NCBI GenBank assembly: GCA_965279035.1
Contig: OZ257142.1
Coordinates: 556,491-620,490, forward strand
Direction: 5' to 3'
DNA: 64,000 nt
DNA from: Bacteroidia bacterium
GTDB lineage: Bacteria; Bacteroidota; Bacteroidia; M30B66
Under the pieces are notes generated by a model. The model was not told the origin of the DNA and made no database searches. It was given only the letters and a program-made list of their open reading frames with translations. The position numbers were made by a program, and so were the translations under genes. Below, one piece after another: positions 9,034 to 19,753 of the stretch; position 1 is the first letter of the stretch, and each line of letters begins with the position of its first letter.

Positions 9034-9804
9034 ATGGCAAGAATATCAACAGATCAACTTTTAGATGCCGGTGTTCACTTCGGTCACTTAAAAAGTAAGT
9101 GGAATCCAAACATGGCTCCGTACATCTTCATGGAGCGTAACGGAATTCACGTTATTGACCTAAATAAAACAGTTGTTAAGCTTGAAGAAGCTGCTGCTGC
9201 TTTGAAACAAGTCGCTAAATCTGGTAAAAAAATCCTTTTTGTTGCAACAAAGAAACAAGCGAAAGAGATTGTAGCTGAGTCGGTAAAAAAGGTAAACATG
9301 CCTTATGTTACTGAGCGTTGGCCAGGTGGAATGCTAACTAACTTTGCAACTATCCGCAAAGCAGTTAAGAAAATGGCTACCATTGATAAAATGGCTGCTG
9401 ATGGAACATACGAAACCATCTCTAAAAAAGAGAAACTAACTATTTCTCGTGAGCGCGAAAAATTGGAAACTCAATTCGGTTCAATTACCGATATGAGTCG
9501 TCTTCCTGCTGCTTTATTCATTGTTGATATTTCGAAAGAACATATCGCAGTAGCTGAAGCGCGTCGTTTAAATATCCCAACATTTGCAATTGTTGATACC
9601 AACTCAAACCCAAATTTGGTTGACTATCCAATTCCTGCTAATGATGATGCAGCAAAATCAATTTCCCTTATTATGGATGTGATTATTGGTGCAGTTCAAG
9701 AAGGATTGAGCGAACGCAAACAAGAGAAAGAAAAAGGGATGACGAACAACATGCTAAAGCAGAAACTGCTGCAGCTGCTGACGCTTCACCAAAAGACTAA
9801 GTAA
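9034..9804 (+). CDS. rpsB: 30S ribosomal protein S2
   Basis: 256 aa with LLDAGVHFGH and ERWPGGMLTNF. Confidence 0.95.
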   Translation: MARISTDQLLDAGVHFGHLKSKWNPNMAPYIFMERNGIHVIDLNKTVVKLEEAAAALKQVAKSGKKILFVATKKQAKEIVAESVKKVNMPYVTERWPGGMLTNFATIRKAVKKMATIDKMAADGTYETISKKEKLTISREREKLETQFGSITDMSRLPAALFIVDISKEHIAVAEARRLNIPTFAIVDTNSNPNLVDYPIPANDDAAKSISLIMDVIIGAVQEGLSERKQEKEKGMTNNMLKQKLLQLLTLHQKTK

Positions 9805-9825
9805 TAATCCCGAAACACGCATATC

Positions 9826-10665
9826 ATGTCAACTGTAGCAATTACTGCTAGTGATGTAAATAAACTCCGCCAAATGACTGGTGCGGGAATGATGGACTGC
9901 AAAAAAGCGCTTACCGAAGCCAATGGCGATTTCGAAGCGGCAGTTGATTTTCTTCGTAAAAAAGGTCAGAAGGTAGCTGGTAACCGTGCCGATCGCGATG
10001 CTAATGAAGGTGTTGTTATTGCTCGTGTTACTGCTGATAATACTCGTGGTGTTCTTGTTGTTCTTAATTGCGAAACAGATTTCGTAGCAAAGAATCAAGA
10101 CTTCATCGATTTCACAACCAAGATTTCTGATATCGCGCTGAATACAAAACCAGCTGATGTAACTGAACTTCTTGCAGCTTCGTTCGATGGTCTTCCGATT
10201 AGTGAACGTATCAACGAACAAGTTGGTAAAATTGGTGAGAAAATGGAACTTCATTACTCTCAATTAGAAGCTCCTTTCGTTGTTGCTTACAATCACCCAG
10301 GTTTCCGTTTAGCTACAATCGTTGCTTTTAATAAAGCAGGAGTTTCCGGAATTGAAACAGTTGCAAAAGACGTTTCTATGCAAGCTGCAGCAATGGCTCC
10401 AGTAGCTGTTGATAAAGACGATGTCGACACGAACACATTAGAACGCGAATTAGATATCGCTCGTGAGCAAATCCGTGCAGAAGGTAAACCAGAAGAAATG
10501 GTTGAGAAAATCGCTGCTGGTAAACTCAATAAGTTTTACAAAGACAACACACTCCTTAATCAGGAATTTGTGAAGGATAACAAAATGTCTGTTCGTCAAT
10601 ATGTTCAGACAATTGATAAAGACCTAACCGTTACTGCTTTTAAACGTCACGCTTTAGGAAATTAA
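9826..10665 (+). CDS. tsf: Translation elongation factor Ts
   Basis: 279 aa with the UBA-like N-terminus LRQMTGAGMMDCKKAL and CETDFVAKN. Confidence 0.95.
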   Translation: MSTVAITASDVNKLRQMTGAGMMDCKKALTEANGDFEAAVDFLRKKGQKVAGNRADRDANEGVVIARVTADNTRGVLVVLNCETDFVAKNQDFIDFTTKISDIALNTKPADVTELLAASFDGLPISERINEQVGKIGEKMELHYSQLEAPFVVAYNHPGFRLATIVAFNKAGVSGIETVAKDVSMQAAAMAPVAVDKDDVDTNTLERELDIAREQIRAEGKPEEMVEKIAAGKLNKFYKDNTLLNQEFVKDNKMSVRQYVQTIDKDLTVTAFKRHALGN

Positions 10666-10674
10666 TTTATTTGG

Positions 10675-10704
10675 AAAGAGAGAAGAAATTCTCTCTTTTT
10701 TTTT
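10675..10704 (+). terminator. Rho-independent terminator after tsf (AAAGAGAG-loop-CTCTCTTT + T-run)
   Basis: Hairpin followed by a T9 run, read directly. Confidence 0.7.
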
Positions 10705-10712
10705 GCTCTAAC

Positions 10713-10741
10713 ATCCCGTTCTTGTAGCGGGATTTTTTTTG
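10713..10741 (+). terminator. Second tandem rho-independent terminator (ATCCCG...CGGGAT + T8)
   Basis: Hairpin followed by a T-run immediately after the first terminator. Confidence 0.6.
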
Positions 10742-10760
10742 AACTACTGAACCATTAATT

Positions 10761-11468
10761 ATGAAATACAAACGCATCCTCCTGAAACTTAGTGGCGAAT
10801 CCTTAATGGGTAATAAGAATTTCGGTATCGACTCGGATAGACTTTCGCAATATGCTCAGGAAATAAAGGAAATTCAAGCAACAGGTGTTGAAGTTGCTGT
10901 TGTTATAGGCGGAGGAAATATCTTTCGTGGTATTCAAGCAGCCGAAGGTGGAATGGACCGTGTTCAAGGTGATTACATGGGAATGTTAGCAACCGTAATC
11001 AATAGTATGGCTTTGCAGTCGGCTCTTGAGGTGATTGGAGTTCAAACTCGATTGCAAAGTGCGATCAAAATGGAACAAATCTGCGAACCATTCATTCGTC
11101 GTAGAGCAGTTCGTCATTTGGAAAAAGGACGTGTCGTAATTTTTGGCGCAGGAACCGGGAATCCATATTTCACCACTGATACCGCCGCTACTTTACGAGC
11201 AATTGAAATTGAAGCGGATGTGATTCTCAAAGGAACTCGTGTGGATGGAATCTATACTGCTGATCCAGAAAAGGACCCCAACGCTGTGAAATACGATACC
11301 ATCACCTTTACCGAAGTTTATGAAAAAGGACTAAACGTGATGGACATGACCGCATTTACTTTATGTAATGATAACAAATTACCAATCATTGTGTTTGATA
11401 TGGACACGAGCGGTAATTTAAAACGCCTCATTGCGGGCGAACGTGTTGGAACCTTGGTTGAATTTTGA
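10761..11468 (+). CDS. pyrH: UMP kinase
   Basis: 235 aa with [10 protein letters not shown] and [11 protein letters not shown]. Confidence 0.95.
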   Translation: MKYKRILLKLSGESLMGNKNFGIDSDRLSQYAQEIKEIQATGVEVAVVIGGGNIFRGIQAAEGGMDRVQGDYMGMLATVINSMALQSALEVIGVQTRLQSAIKMEQICEPFIRRRAVRHLEKGRVVIFGAGTGNPYFTTDTAATLRAIEIEADVILKGTRVDGIYTADPEKDPNAVKYDTITFTEVYEKGLNVMDMTAFTLCNDNKLPIIVFDMDTSGNLKRLIAGERVGTLVEF

Positions 11469-11522
11469 TCTGTTTGAATTCAGTCGAAAATCTTGTTTAT
11501 TTGCACACCTTTCTGAAAAGCT

Positions 11523-12086
11523 ATGAACGAACTAGTTAAGCCTCAAATTGATTCAGCTACTTTGCTGATGGACAAAGCAATTGCTCACTTAGAAGCAGAA
11601 TTGGCTAAAATTCGCGCGGGCAAAGCAAGTCCTGCGATGCTCGATGGTATTTATGTGGACTATTATGGTTCAAATACTCCTTTAAGTCAAGTTGCCAACA
11701 TCAACACTCCTGATGCTCGAACTTTAGCTGTTCAACCTTGGGAGAAACAAATGCTAGGACCCATTGAAAAAGCTATTTTCGGCTCTAATATCGGCTTGAC
11801 ACCACAAAATGATGGAGTGATGATACGCTTGAACATTCCTCCGGTGACGGAAGAACGTCGTTTGAATTTGGTAAAACAATCGAAAGGAGAAGCCGAAAAC
11901 GCAAAAGTGAGTATTCGAAATGTACGTCGCGATGCCAATGAAGCTATTCGCAAGCTGGTTAAAGATGGTTTAGCTGAAGATATTGCGAAAGATGCCGAAA
12001 CTAAAATTCAGCAGCTTACCGATTCGTATATCGCGAAAACTGAAAAGCATCTCGAAGCCAAAGAAAAAGAAATCATGACTGTTTAG
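11523..12086 (+). CDS. frr: Ribosome recycling factor
   Basis: 187 aa with an RRF-typical sequence (IRNVRRDAN). Confidence 0.95.
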   Translation: MNELVKPQIDSATLLMDKAIAHLEAELAKIRAGKASPAMLDGIYVDYYGSNTPLSQVANINTPDARTLAVQPWEKQMLGPIEKAIFGSNIGLTPQNDGVMIRLNIPPVTEERRLNLVKQSKGEAENAKVSIRNVRRDANEAIRKLVKDGLAEDIAKDAETKIQQLTDSYIAKTEKHLEAKEKEIMTV

Positions 12087-12102
12087 TTTTGTCATAAAAC
12101 AT

Positions 12103-12146
12103 AAAAAAAGCCCGAAGGAACATGTCTTTCGGGCTTTCTTGTTTTT
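12103..12146. terminator. Bidirectional rho-independent terminator shared by frr (+) and glmS (-)
   Basis: A7-GCCCGAA...TTCGGGC-T-rich. The stem is flanked by an A-run on one side and a T-run on the other. Confidence 0.75.
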
Positions 12147-12157
12147 GGTATTTAATA

Positions 12158-14005
12158 TTATTCTACAGTAACCGATTTGGCCAAATTTCTTGGTTGATCT
12201 ACGTTACATCCACGCATAATGGCAATGTGGTAAGCCAATAATTGCAATGGAATTACACTCATAAGTGGAGTTAATTCTTCTTCTACATCCGGAATTTCAA
12301 TAGTATGATCAGCCAATGCAGAAACATCTTTATCTCCTTGCGTTACAATTGCGATGATTTTTCCGCCACGCGCTTTAACTTCTTGCACGTTGCTTAAGAT
12401 TTTTTCATAAGCACCTCTACTTGGAGCAATAACTACAACAGGCATGTTCTCATCAATCAATGCAATCGGACCATGTTTCATTTCTGCAGCAGGATAACCT
12501 TCGGCATGGATGTAGGAAATCTCTTTCAGTTTCAAAGCCCCTTCAAGTGCAATTGGGAAATTATAACTTCTTCCCAAATACAAGAAATTGTTAGCGTCTT
12601 TATAGATGGAACTGATATACCGAATCTGATCATCGAGTTTCAACATCTCTTCAATTTTTGAAGGAAGTTGATCCAATCCATTCAACATTTGATGATATTT
12701 TGCTTGAGTAATTGTGCCTTTTTTATTGGCAATTACTAAAGCCATCAGGGTAAGAACAGTTACTTGTGCAGTAAATGCTTTGGTTGATGCAACTCCAATC
12801 TCAGGACCAGCATGCGTATATGAACCCGCATGAGTTGCACGTGCGATCGAAGATCCAACCACATTGCAAATTCCAAAAATGGTTGCTCCTTTTGATTTGG
12901 CTAGTTCAATTGCTGCAAGTGTATCGGCTGTTTCACCCGATTGACTGATCGCAATGACCACATCGTTTTCGGTGATGATTGGATTGCGGTAGCGAAATTC
13001 AGAAGCGTATTCTACTTCAACTGGAATACGTGCCCAATCTTCGAACAAATATTCTCCCACTAATCCAGCATGCCATGAAGTACCACAAGCAACAATGATA
13101 ATGCGATGTGCATTCATGATTTTGCTTTGATAATCGATGATACCGCCCAATGTTACTTCGCCTAGTTCGATATTTAATCGACCACGCATGTTATCACGTA
13201 TAGAGCGAGGTTGCTCGTATATTTCCTTCAACATGAAATGCTCAAATCCACCTTTTTCAATGGTTTCGAGTTGCATTTCAAGCGCTTGTACATAGGGTGT
13301 TTTATCTTGGTTGCGGATGGTTTTGATTTTCATCTCCTTCCCCGTTTCCAAAATCACAATCTCTTCATCATCCAAATACACCACATTGCGCGTGTATTCA
13401 ATAATTGGAGTTGCATCTGAAGCAATAAAATACTCATGATTTGGTCCTACGCCCACTACCAGTGGACTTCCTTTTTTAGCCCCAATCATCAAATCGGGAT
13501 TTTCTTTCGAAAGAATCACAATAGCATAAGCACCAACTACTTGAGTAAGGGCGATTTGAACAGCCGTTACAAGATCAGTCTTTTCGTTTTCAAGCACATT
13601 CTCAATCAGGTAAATCAACACTTCTGTATCGGTGTCACTTTTGAAAATATGACCTCGGTTCTCGAGTTCTTTCTTCAACGAAGCATAATTCTCGATAATA
13701 CCATTGTGGATTATTACAAGTTTTCCAGATTCTGAAAAATGTGGATGAGCATTTTTATCATCAGGAACTCCATGAGTTGCCCAGCGAGTATGTCCCACAC
13801 CAATATGTCCTGAAACATCTTTGTTTACAACAAAATGTTCTAAATCTGAAACTTTGCCTTTGCATTTAAACAAACGAATGTCATCGCCCGGTTTTATCAG
13901 AGCAACTCCAGCACTGTCATAGCCTCGGTATTCAAGACGGTGAAGACCTTTAAGCAAAATCGGGTAAGCTTCGCGCTCTCCCATGTAAGCTACAATTCCA
14001 CACAT
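12158..14005 (-). CDS. glmS: Glutamine--fructose-6-phosphate aminotransferase (isomerizing)
   Basis: 615 aa starting MCGIVAY (Ntn Cys), with two SIS domains and C-terminal NLAKSVTVE. Confidence 0.95.
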   Translation of the reverse strand: MCGIVAYMGEREAYPILLKGLHRLEYRGYDSAGVALIKPGDDIRLFKCKGKVSDLEHFVVNKDVSGHIGVGHTRWATHGVPDDKNAHPHFSESGKLVIIHNGIIENYASLKKELENRGHIFKSDTDTEVLIYLIENVLENEKTDLVTAVQIALTQVVGAYAIVILSKENPDLMIGAKKGSPLVVGVGPNHEYFIASDATPIIEYTRNVVYLDDEEIVILETGKEMKIKTIRNQDKTPYVQALEMQLETIEKGGFEHFMLKEIYEQPRSIRDNMRGRLNIELGEVTLGGIIDYQSKIMNAHRIIIVACGTSWHAGLVGEYLFEDWARIPVEVEYASEFRYRNPIITENDVVIAISQSGETADTLAAIELAKSKGATIFGICNVVGSSIARATHAGSYTHAGPEIGVASTKAFTAQVTVLTLMALVIANKKGTITQAKYHQMLNGLDQLPSKIEEMLKLDDQIRYISSIYKDANNFLYLGRSYNFPIALEGALKLKEISYIHAEGYPAAEMKHGPIALIDENMPVVVIAPSRGAYEKILSNVQEVKARGGKIIAIVTQGDKDVSALADHTIEIPDVEEELTPLMSVIPLQLLAYHIAIMRGCNVDQPRNLAKSVTVE

Positions 14006-14011
14006 ATATTT

Positions 14012-15345
14012 TTATTGTTGAGGTAAAACTTGATAAAGAAGTTCAAAACGAACAGGACGATTTTCTGATTGTCCACCGTTTAAAGGTACACGATAAGAAC
14101 TAACACCTGTTCCAGTAGATTGAATAAACAATCCACGGTCTACTAAAAGGTTGTTAAGTATGCCTTGAATATAGCGAGACACATTAAAAACATAGTGTTT
14201 ATTAACAGCATCATAGGTACCACCAGCCCATGTATCACCAATAATTAAATCCGGTGTGGTTTGTAATTCACCATCTTCACCTTTCGTGATCAAATTCAAT
14301 TGAGGATTGGGCAAGTATTTTCCTAAATCATCTATAGCTACAGGAACAAAAATTCGTGCTTCATTCACTAAAATATTTCTACCTGCTTGCCATGATTTTA
14401 GGTCTGGCAAGTCGATACGCGTTCTTAAACCAGCCATTGTTTGAGTATAACAACGAACATTGGCAAGAGCTGGAGTTGAAATCAAATTCGAAACATGTTC
14501 AGAATATTGATGATTAAAACGAGTAAATCGTGAGCAGCTTTCATTGACAATGAAAGAGGTTCTTAAACTATCGTTAGCTGAGTTTTTATAATACAAATCC
14601 ATTCTTGCCCCTGAAGTTAGGGTGAAATCGAGTATTGCACCAATTCCTGCTTGTGAATTCTGGGTTTCCGAACGAATGTAAATGCCCTTAAAAAATTGCA
14701 CGAAAGCATCTCCATCGACCAAAGCTGATGGATTGTCATGAATTTGTTGAGCTATATCAATATTAAGTCGAATCCGAAGTTGGGGAGCTTCTTTTTTCCC
14801 TGTAACGTTAGCAGAATCCGAAAGAAGAGGAACAATGAAACCAGTTTGACCAATTGGTGTTGGCTCGATCGTTAAAGAATCGTTACTATAGAATGTGCTG
14901 CTTTGAGCAAAATCTTGAGTTACTCGATAAACAAAGAATTTTTGAAGACCGTTTAGTTTGGTAATATCTCCATAAAATCCACGGTAAGGAAATACCAAAA
15001 CCAATGAATCAGGGCTAAAGCCATCTCCCAAATTAATATTACTTACACTTGGTCTTAACTGCGTATAAAATCCAGCACGCATGTTACCAAGCAATGGGTC
15101 GTTGTATGCGCCGAGCAGGTTGAGTGAAAGTTCGTCAGTTTTAACAGAATCCTCGCGTTCTAATGTTGTTCGAATTGTAAAGTCATTCTTACGAAGCATA
15201 TTAACAGCATCGGAAGGATTTTGAACTTCAAGACCTAAATCAGGTTGTTTGCACGAAGGCGACAACAGAAAAAGGAAGCTAAACAACAGGAAACCCGAAA
15301 CTCTCCAATCGAAAAGTTCCGGGTATGAATGGCGATTTATTTTCA
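14012..15345 (-). CDS. DUF4270 family lipoprotein; true start uncertain
   Basis: The long ORF extends to 15544 but would overlap the glycogen synthase gene by 176 nt. The lipoprotein signal FLLFSFLFLLSPSCK is encoded around 15250-15300, so the start is probably a TTG or ATG near 15340-15415. It is conserved in Bacteroidota between glmS and glycogen synthase. Confidence 0.65.
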
Positions 15346-15368
15346 AGGGAAACTGTAAAATTCGGAAT

Positions 15369-16202
15369 TTATTCAGCCATTTCGGCGACCGGCTCCCCCA
15401 GGAGAACCTCGTCATAAAATGCAGAATACGCATCTGCATAGGTTTCTTCCGTTTGAAGACCAAGAAGTGATTTCTTGTTTTCTTTCGCAAATTGAATAAG
15501 CTCTTCAGAAGCATTCTCATGAGCCACAATAACGCCATCAGCAAAACTTATTGCATGACGCATTAAATTTAAATAGCTTGGGTCTTTTAGTAATGAAACA
15601 TCTTGCGTGTCAATACCATCCATGATTAGTTTCTCAGCGATGCGATGATCCATATTGGAAGTAAAAACATCATCATATAAAGAAACAACCAAACGACTTT
15701 CGGCAAATAAAGGATCGTCTTTAAAATTTCGTTTAATCAACACTGGAAGTAATGCAGCCATCCATCCATGACAATGAATTACATCAGGCGACCAGCCTAG
15801 TTTTTTCACTGTTTCAATTACTCCTTTGCAGAAAAATAACATACGCTCATCATTATCAGCATAGAACTGATCGTTCTTATCTGTAACAATAAATTTGCGT
15901 TGAAAATATTCTTCGTTATCGATGAAGTAAACCTGCATCCGAGCTGCCTGAATGGAAGCAACTTTAATGATTAGTGGTTGATCATTGTCGTCCACAATTA
16001 AATTCATCCCTGATAAACGAATAACTTCATGCAATTGGTTGCGGCGTTCATTAATACAACCGTAACGAGGCATAAACGTTCTAATTTCTCTTCCGCGTTC
16101 TTGAATGGCTTGAGGCAACTCACGAGCTACTTTCGATAAATTGGATTCCGGCAAATAAGGGGTGATCTCCTGTGAAACAAACAATACTCTTGTTTTCGTC
16201 AT
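15369..16202 (-). CDS. Glycogen/starch synthase family protein (short Bacteroidota type)
   Basis: 277 aa with LFVSQEITPY and a GT5-like N-domain. Confidence 0.8.
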   Translation of the reverse strand: MTKTRVLFVSQEITPYLPESNLSKVARELPQAIQERGREIRTFMPRYGCINERRNQLHEVIRLSGMNLIVDDNDQPLIIKVASIQAARMQVYFIDNEEYFQRKFIVTDKNDQFYADNDERMLFFCKGVIETVKKLGWSPDVIHCHGWMAALLPVLIKRNFKDDPLFAESRLVVSLYDDVFTSNMDHRIAEKLIMDGIDTQDVSLLKDPSYLNLMRHAISFADGVIVAHENASEELIQFAKENKKSLLGLQTEETYADAYSAFYDEVLLGEPVAEMAE

Positions 16203-16337
16203 AGCAAGTCAATTAAGAAAAAGGAGGAAGATTTATGAAGTCATTCCATGAAGGAAAGCCGGCACTAAAAAAACAACGGCAGGAATGATCCATTTTCGGT
16301 GATTTGGTAAATCAGATTACAAAATTACGAAAAATTT

Positions 16338-16370
16338 TTGGTTAAAATCAAGGGCAATCATTTAGCTTTG
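16338..16370 (+). promoter_or_regulatory. Putative promoter of panCD (-33 TTG at 16338-16340, -7 TAGCTTTG at 16363-16370)
   Basis: TAnnTTTG box with a 22-nt spacer. It shares the extended motif CTTTGCAGCCC with the rplM promoter. Confidence 0.45.
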
Positions 16371-16447
16371 CAGCCCTTGCCAACCTAATTGACGGATTAA
16401 GCGGATGTTAGCCATTTGATCATGCCTAGTATTTTCTTCAAAATTCC

Positions 16448-17293
16448 ATGATTCTTATACGCACCGTTTCTGAACTCAACCATTTTATAGGCCGAATTCG
16501 AGAAGAAAAGAAAAAACTTGGCTTTGTCCCTACTATGGGGGCTTTACACGAAGGTCATCTTTCGCTTATTCGAAGTTCTCAATCGGAAAACGACGCAACA
16601 TTACTAAGCATTTTCGTCAATCCTACCCAGTTTAACGAAAGTTCCGATTTTAAAAATTATCCTCGTACAGAGGAAAAAGATTTGAGCTTAATCGAATCAT
16701 TGAATGTTCAGGCTGTATTTCTTCCTTCAACCTCCGAAATGTATGGTTCTGGAGAGAGTCATCTTCTAGATTTCCCCTTAAATGGTTTAGACTCAGTGAT
16801 GGAAGGAAAGTATCGAAAAGGGCATTTTAACGGAGTTGTAACCATAGTAGATACATTCTTTTCCTTAATTCAACCCGATGCCGCTTATTTTGGGTTGAAG
16901 GACTTTCAACAATTAGCAATCGTTCGACTTCTTGCTGAAAAAAGGCATCCTCATATCCGAATTATTGCCTGTCCAATCATTAGAGAAGAAGACGGTTTGG
17001 CGAAAAGTTCTCGTAATGCACTTTTGTCGGAAGAAGAAAGAAGAAAATCAGTTTTAATTTCTCAAGTACTATTTCAGATCAAAAATCAATGGAAGAGTCG
17101 GCCAATTGAGGAAATTATTGAAGAAGGTAAGGCTGCATTTTCACATTCAGATCTTCAACTTGAATACTTAGAAATTGCTGATTCAAAGAGTTTAGTTTCA
17201 CTAAATAAATATTCTCAAAAGCCCGCTGTTGCTTGTATAGCAGCTCGTATTGGGAATGTTCGATTAATAGATAATTGCGAATTACCCGAATGA
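16448..17293 (+). CDS. panC: Pantoate--beta-alanine ligase
   Basis: 281 aa with [14 protein letters not shown] (HIGH-type motif). Confidence 0.95.
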   Translation: MILIRTVSELNHFIGRIREEKKKLGFVPTMGALHEGHLSLIRSSQSENDATLLSIFVNPTQFNESSDFKNYPRTEEKDLSLIESLNVQAVFLPSTSEMYGSGESHLLDFPLNGLDSVMEGKYRKGHFNGVVTIVDTFFSLIQPDAAYFGLKDFQQLAIVRLLAEKRHPHIRIIACPIIREEDGLAKSSRNALLSEEERRKSVLISQVLFQIKNQWKSRPIEEIIEEGKAAFSHSDLQLEYLEIADSKSLVSLNKYSQKPAVACIAARIGNVRLIDNCELPE

Positions 17294-17339
17294 GCTTCTT
17301 TGTGGATTCGATAGATTTGCCGTAGGTTTGCGCCCGTTT

Positions 17340-17690
17340 ATGCACATTCAGGTTCTAAAGTCTAAAATTCACCGAGTAACGGTAACAGAAGCCGATCTCA
17401 ACTATATTGGAAGTGTAACCATTGATGAAAATTTGATGGATGCTGCCAATCTGATTGAAAATGAAAAAGTTCAGGTTCTGAATATGCACAATGGTGAGCG
17501 CTTGGAAACATACGTGATCAAAGGTGCACGTGGCTCTGGTGTTATTTGTATGAATGGTCCAGCTGCCCGCAAAGTAACGGTTGGCGATATCATTATCATT
17601 ATTTCATACGCAATGATGGATTTTGAAGAAGCTAAATCCTTTTCACCTTGGGTGATTTTTCCAGATACATCAACTAACAAATTAAAATAG
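17340..17690 (+). CDS. panD: Aspartate 1-decarboxylase
   Basis: [25 protein letters not shown]. The ORF could start 12 nt earlier at 17328. Confidence 0.9.
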   Translation: MHIQVLKSKIHRVTVTEADLNYIGSVTIDENLMDAANLIENEKVQVLNMHNGERLETYVIKGARGSGVICMNGPAARKVTVGDIIIIISYAMMDFEEAKSFSPWVIFPDTSTNKLK

Positions 17691-17697
17691 GTCTTCT

Positions 17698-18759
17698 ATG
17701 TTGAAGCGTTTCTGGTCTGCCACTAAATACTATTTCTTTCTGGCGATCGGACTATTGCTACTGTATGTTGTATTCAAGGATGTAGATTTTCCTTGGATGT
17801 GGAACGAAATAAAACATGCACATTTCGGTTGGGTATTCATTTCGTTTGTTTGTGGATTTATTGCCATGGCTATTCGTGCTTGGAGATGGAGAATCATGTT
17901 AGAGCCGCTCGGATATAAACCAAGTTTTCGAAATTGTTTTAATGGTGTTGCTATTGGATATCTTTCCAATATTGCTTTGCCTCGAATGGGAGAGGTGGTT
18001 CGTTGTACTATTTTGAATCAAACCAACGGAATTCCTGTAACTAAACTATTCGGAACGGTTATTCTCGAACGAGTTATTGATGTATTGATCCTACTGAGTC
18101 TGATTGCAGTTGTGTTTTTTACTCAAATAGACCGTTTTGGGAAATTCTTCATGAACGAAGTTTTTGGGGACAAACTTTCTAAAATTCAGAGTTTCCTATC
18201 AGAATCTGGATGGATTGTAATTCCATTGCTTATCATCATCCTCATTGCAGGAATAGTTCTGTTACGTTGGATTTTTACAAAGTACAAGGAGAATAAAATC
18301 ATTCAAAAAGTGATTGAATTTGGGAAAGGAATTTCAGATGGGTTGATCACTTTATTTAGCATGAAACGGAAAGCCGAATTCCTGCTTCATACGTTTCTAA
18401 TTTGGTTTTTGTATTTCGTAATGACTTGGATTTGCATATATGCTTACGATCCAACATCGAACTTATCACCTTTTGATGGATTGTTTTTGATGGTTGTTGG
18501 AGGTTTAGGAATGTCGGCACCTGTTCAAGGTGGATTTGGAGCCTTTCATTATTTGGTTGAAAAAGCATTGTTTTTATACGATATCAAACCATCCATCAAT
18601 GCCATAACTGGTGCTGAATTGAAACCAGGGCTTGTGTTTGCAACGATTGTTCATACAACACAGTTCGTAATGACTGTGGTAGCAGGCTTTATAGCATTAA
18701 TAAGTGTTGCAATCCAACGCAAAAAGACCAATCCGGATGAGCCAGCTCCAAATCATTAG
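17698..18759 (+). CDS. Flippase-like / lysylphosphatidylglycerol synthase transmembrane-region family membrane protein (UPF0104)
   Basis: 353 aa, polytopic and hydrophobic. It sits in the conserved panD-rfaE2-radA neighbourhood. Confidence 0.7.
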   Translation: MLKRFWSATKYYFFLAIGLLLLYVVFKDVDFPWMWNEIKHAHFGWVFISFVCGFIAMAIRAWRWRIMLEPLGYKPSFRNCFNGVAIGYLSNIALPRMGEVVRCTILNQTNGIPVTKLFGTVILERVIDVLILLSLIAVVFFTQIDRFGKFFMNEVFGDKLSKIQSFLSESGWIVIPLLIIILIAGIVLLRWIFTKYKENKIIQKVIEFGKGISDGLITLFSMKRKAEFLLHTFLIWFLYFVMTWICIYAYDPTSNLSPFDGLFLMVVGGLGMSAPVQGGFGAFHYLVEKALFLYDIKPSINAITGAELKPGLVFATIVHTTQFVMTVVAGFIALISVAIQRKKTNPDEPAPNH

Positions 18760-19225
18760 TGAGAAAATATTTCCATTAGAAGCACTTTCGAAACGAACTT
18801 GGCTTTGGAAGTTTTTAGGGAATAAAATTGTTTTTACAAATGGTTGTTTCGATATACTACATCGTGGACATTTAGAATACCTCGCTTCTGCTTCAGATTT
18901 GGGAAATAAACTCATTATCGGTTTAAATAGCGATGATTCTGTGAAACGACTAAAAGGGCCAGGACGACCAATCAATACATTTTCAGATCGTGCATTTGCA
19001 CTTGCCTCTCTCCATTTTGTAGATGCAGTTGTTGAATTTAATGAAGACACTCCAATTCAATTAATTACTACCCTTTTGCCCGATGTTCTAGTAAAAGGTG
19101 GGGATTATAATCGAGATACTATTGTTGGTGCCAACGAAGTTGAAAAAGCAGGTGGCAGCGTTGCCATTATTTCATTTAAAGAAGGATATTCAACTACTTC
19201 ATTTTTGGAGAAAATTCGATCGTGA
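18737..19225 (+). CDS. rfaE2: D-glycero-beta-D-manno-heptose 1-phosphate adenylyltransferase-like cytidylyltransferase (RfaE domain II family)
   Basis: VFTNGCFDILHRGHLEYL nucleotidyltransferase motif. The start is ambiguous between 18704 and 18737. Confidence 0.8.
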   Translation: MSQLQIISEKIFPLEALSKRTWLWKFLGNKIVFTNGCFDILHRGHLEYLASASDLGNKLIIGLNSDDSVKRLKGPGRPINTFSDRAFALASLHFVDAVVEFNEDTPIQLITTLLPDVLVKGGDYNRDTIVGANEVEKAGGSVAIISFKEGYSTTSFLEKIRS

Positions 19226-19282
19226 AAGGTTCTTTGTGAATGATTTAATTTTCTTTAAGTTTGTGCATCGAAGAAGAATACA

Positions 19283-19702
19283 ATGAGAATACTACGACTT
19301 ACTCAATTAATTGTACTTCCATTCCTTCTCTTTCTTGCTTCTTGTTCAGGAAATCAAGAAAACGAATTGGTTGGAGTTTGGAAGGTGACTCGTTATGACG
19401 CTCTTCCCGATGAGTATCCATATGTTGAATGGGAATTTACAAGTGATAACGATATCATTAAAAGACCTGTTAAAGAAACAGGATATGATGATTTCTACAT
19501 TACAACTGGACGTTGGGGAATTACCAAACACAATCGTTTAAGTATATCAAAGTTTGATGTTGGGTTTAATGGTGAGTGGGATATTGTAACACTGAAAAAT
19601 GGTGTACTTCGGATTGTATTGAAAGTATTCGCTACAGATCCTGAATCTGGTAAAGAAGCACCTGCAGGTCAAGTTCTTGTTGAAATGACCAAAGAACGAT
19701 AA
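19283..19702 (+). CDS. Hypothetical lipoprotein (lipocalin-like)
   Basis: Signal peptide with lipobox LFLASCSG in a 139 aa ORF. Confidence 0.6.
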   Translation: MRILRLTQLIVLPFLLFLASCSGNQENELVGVWKVTRYDALPDEYPYVEWEFTSDNDIIKRPVKETGYDDFYITTGRWGITKHNRLSISKFDVGFNGEWDIVTLKNGVLRIVLKVFATDPESGKEAPAGQVLVEMTKER

Positions 19703-19726
19703 GAACAAATTATACAAATACGAATC

Positions 19727-19751
19727 AGCCCTCTTTTTGAGGGCTTTTTTA
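19727..19751 (+). terminator. Rho-independent terminator (AGCCCTC-TTTTT-GAGGGCT + T6)
   Basis: 7-bp perfect stem followed by a T-run, 3 nt before radA. Confidence 0.8.
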
Positions 19752-19753
19752 TT

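Noticed and set aside
9829-10529. Antisense ORFs (144 aa and 78 aa) inside tsf
   Set aside because: They are opposite a highly conserved EF-Ts coding sequence and are low-complexity translations typical of shadow ORFs.
12087-12157. glmS ribozyme upstream or downstream of glmS
   Set aside because: The glmS ribozyme occurs in Gram-positive 5' UTRs. The region here is at the 3' end of glmS and forms a simple terminator hairpin.
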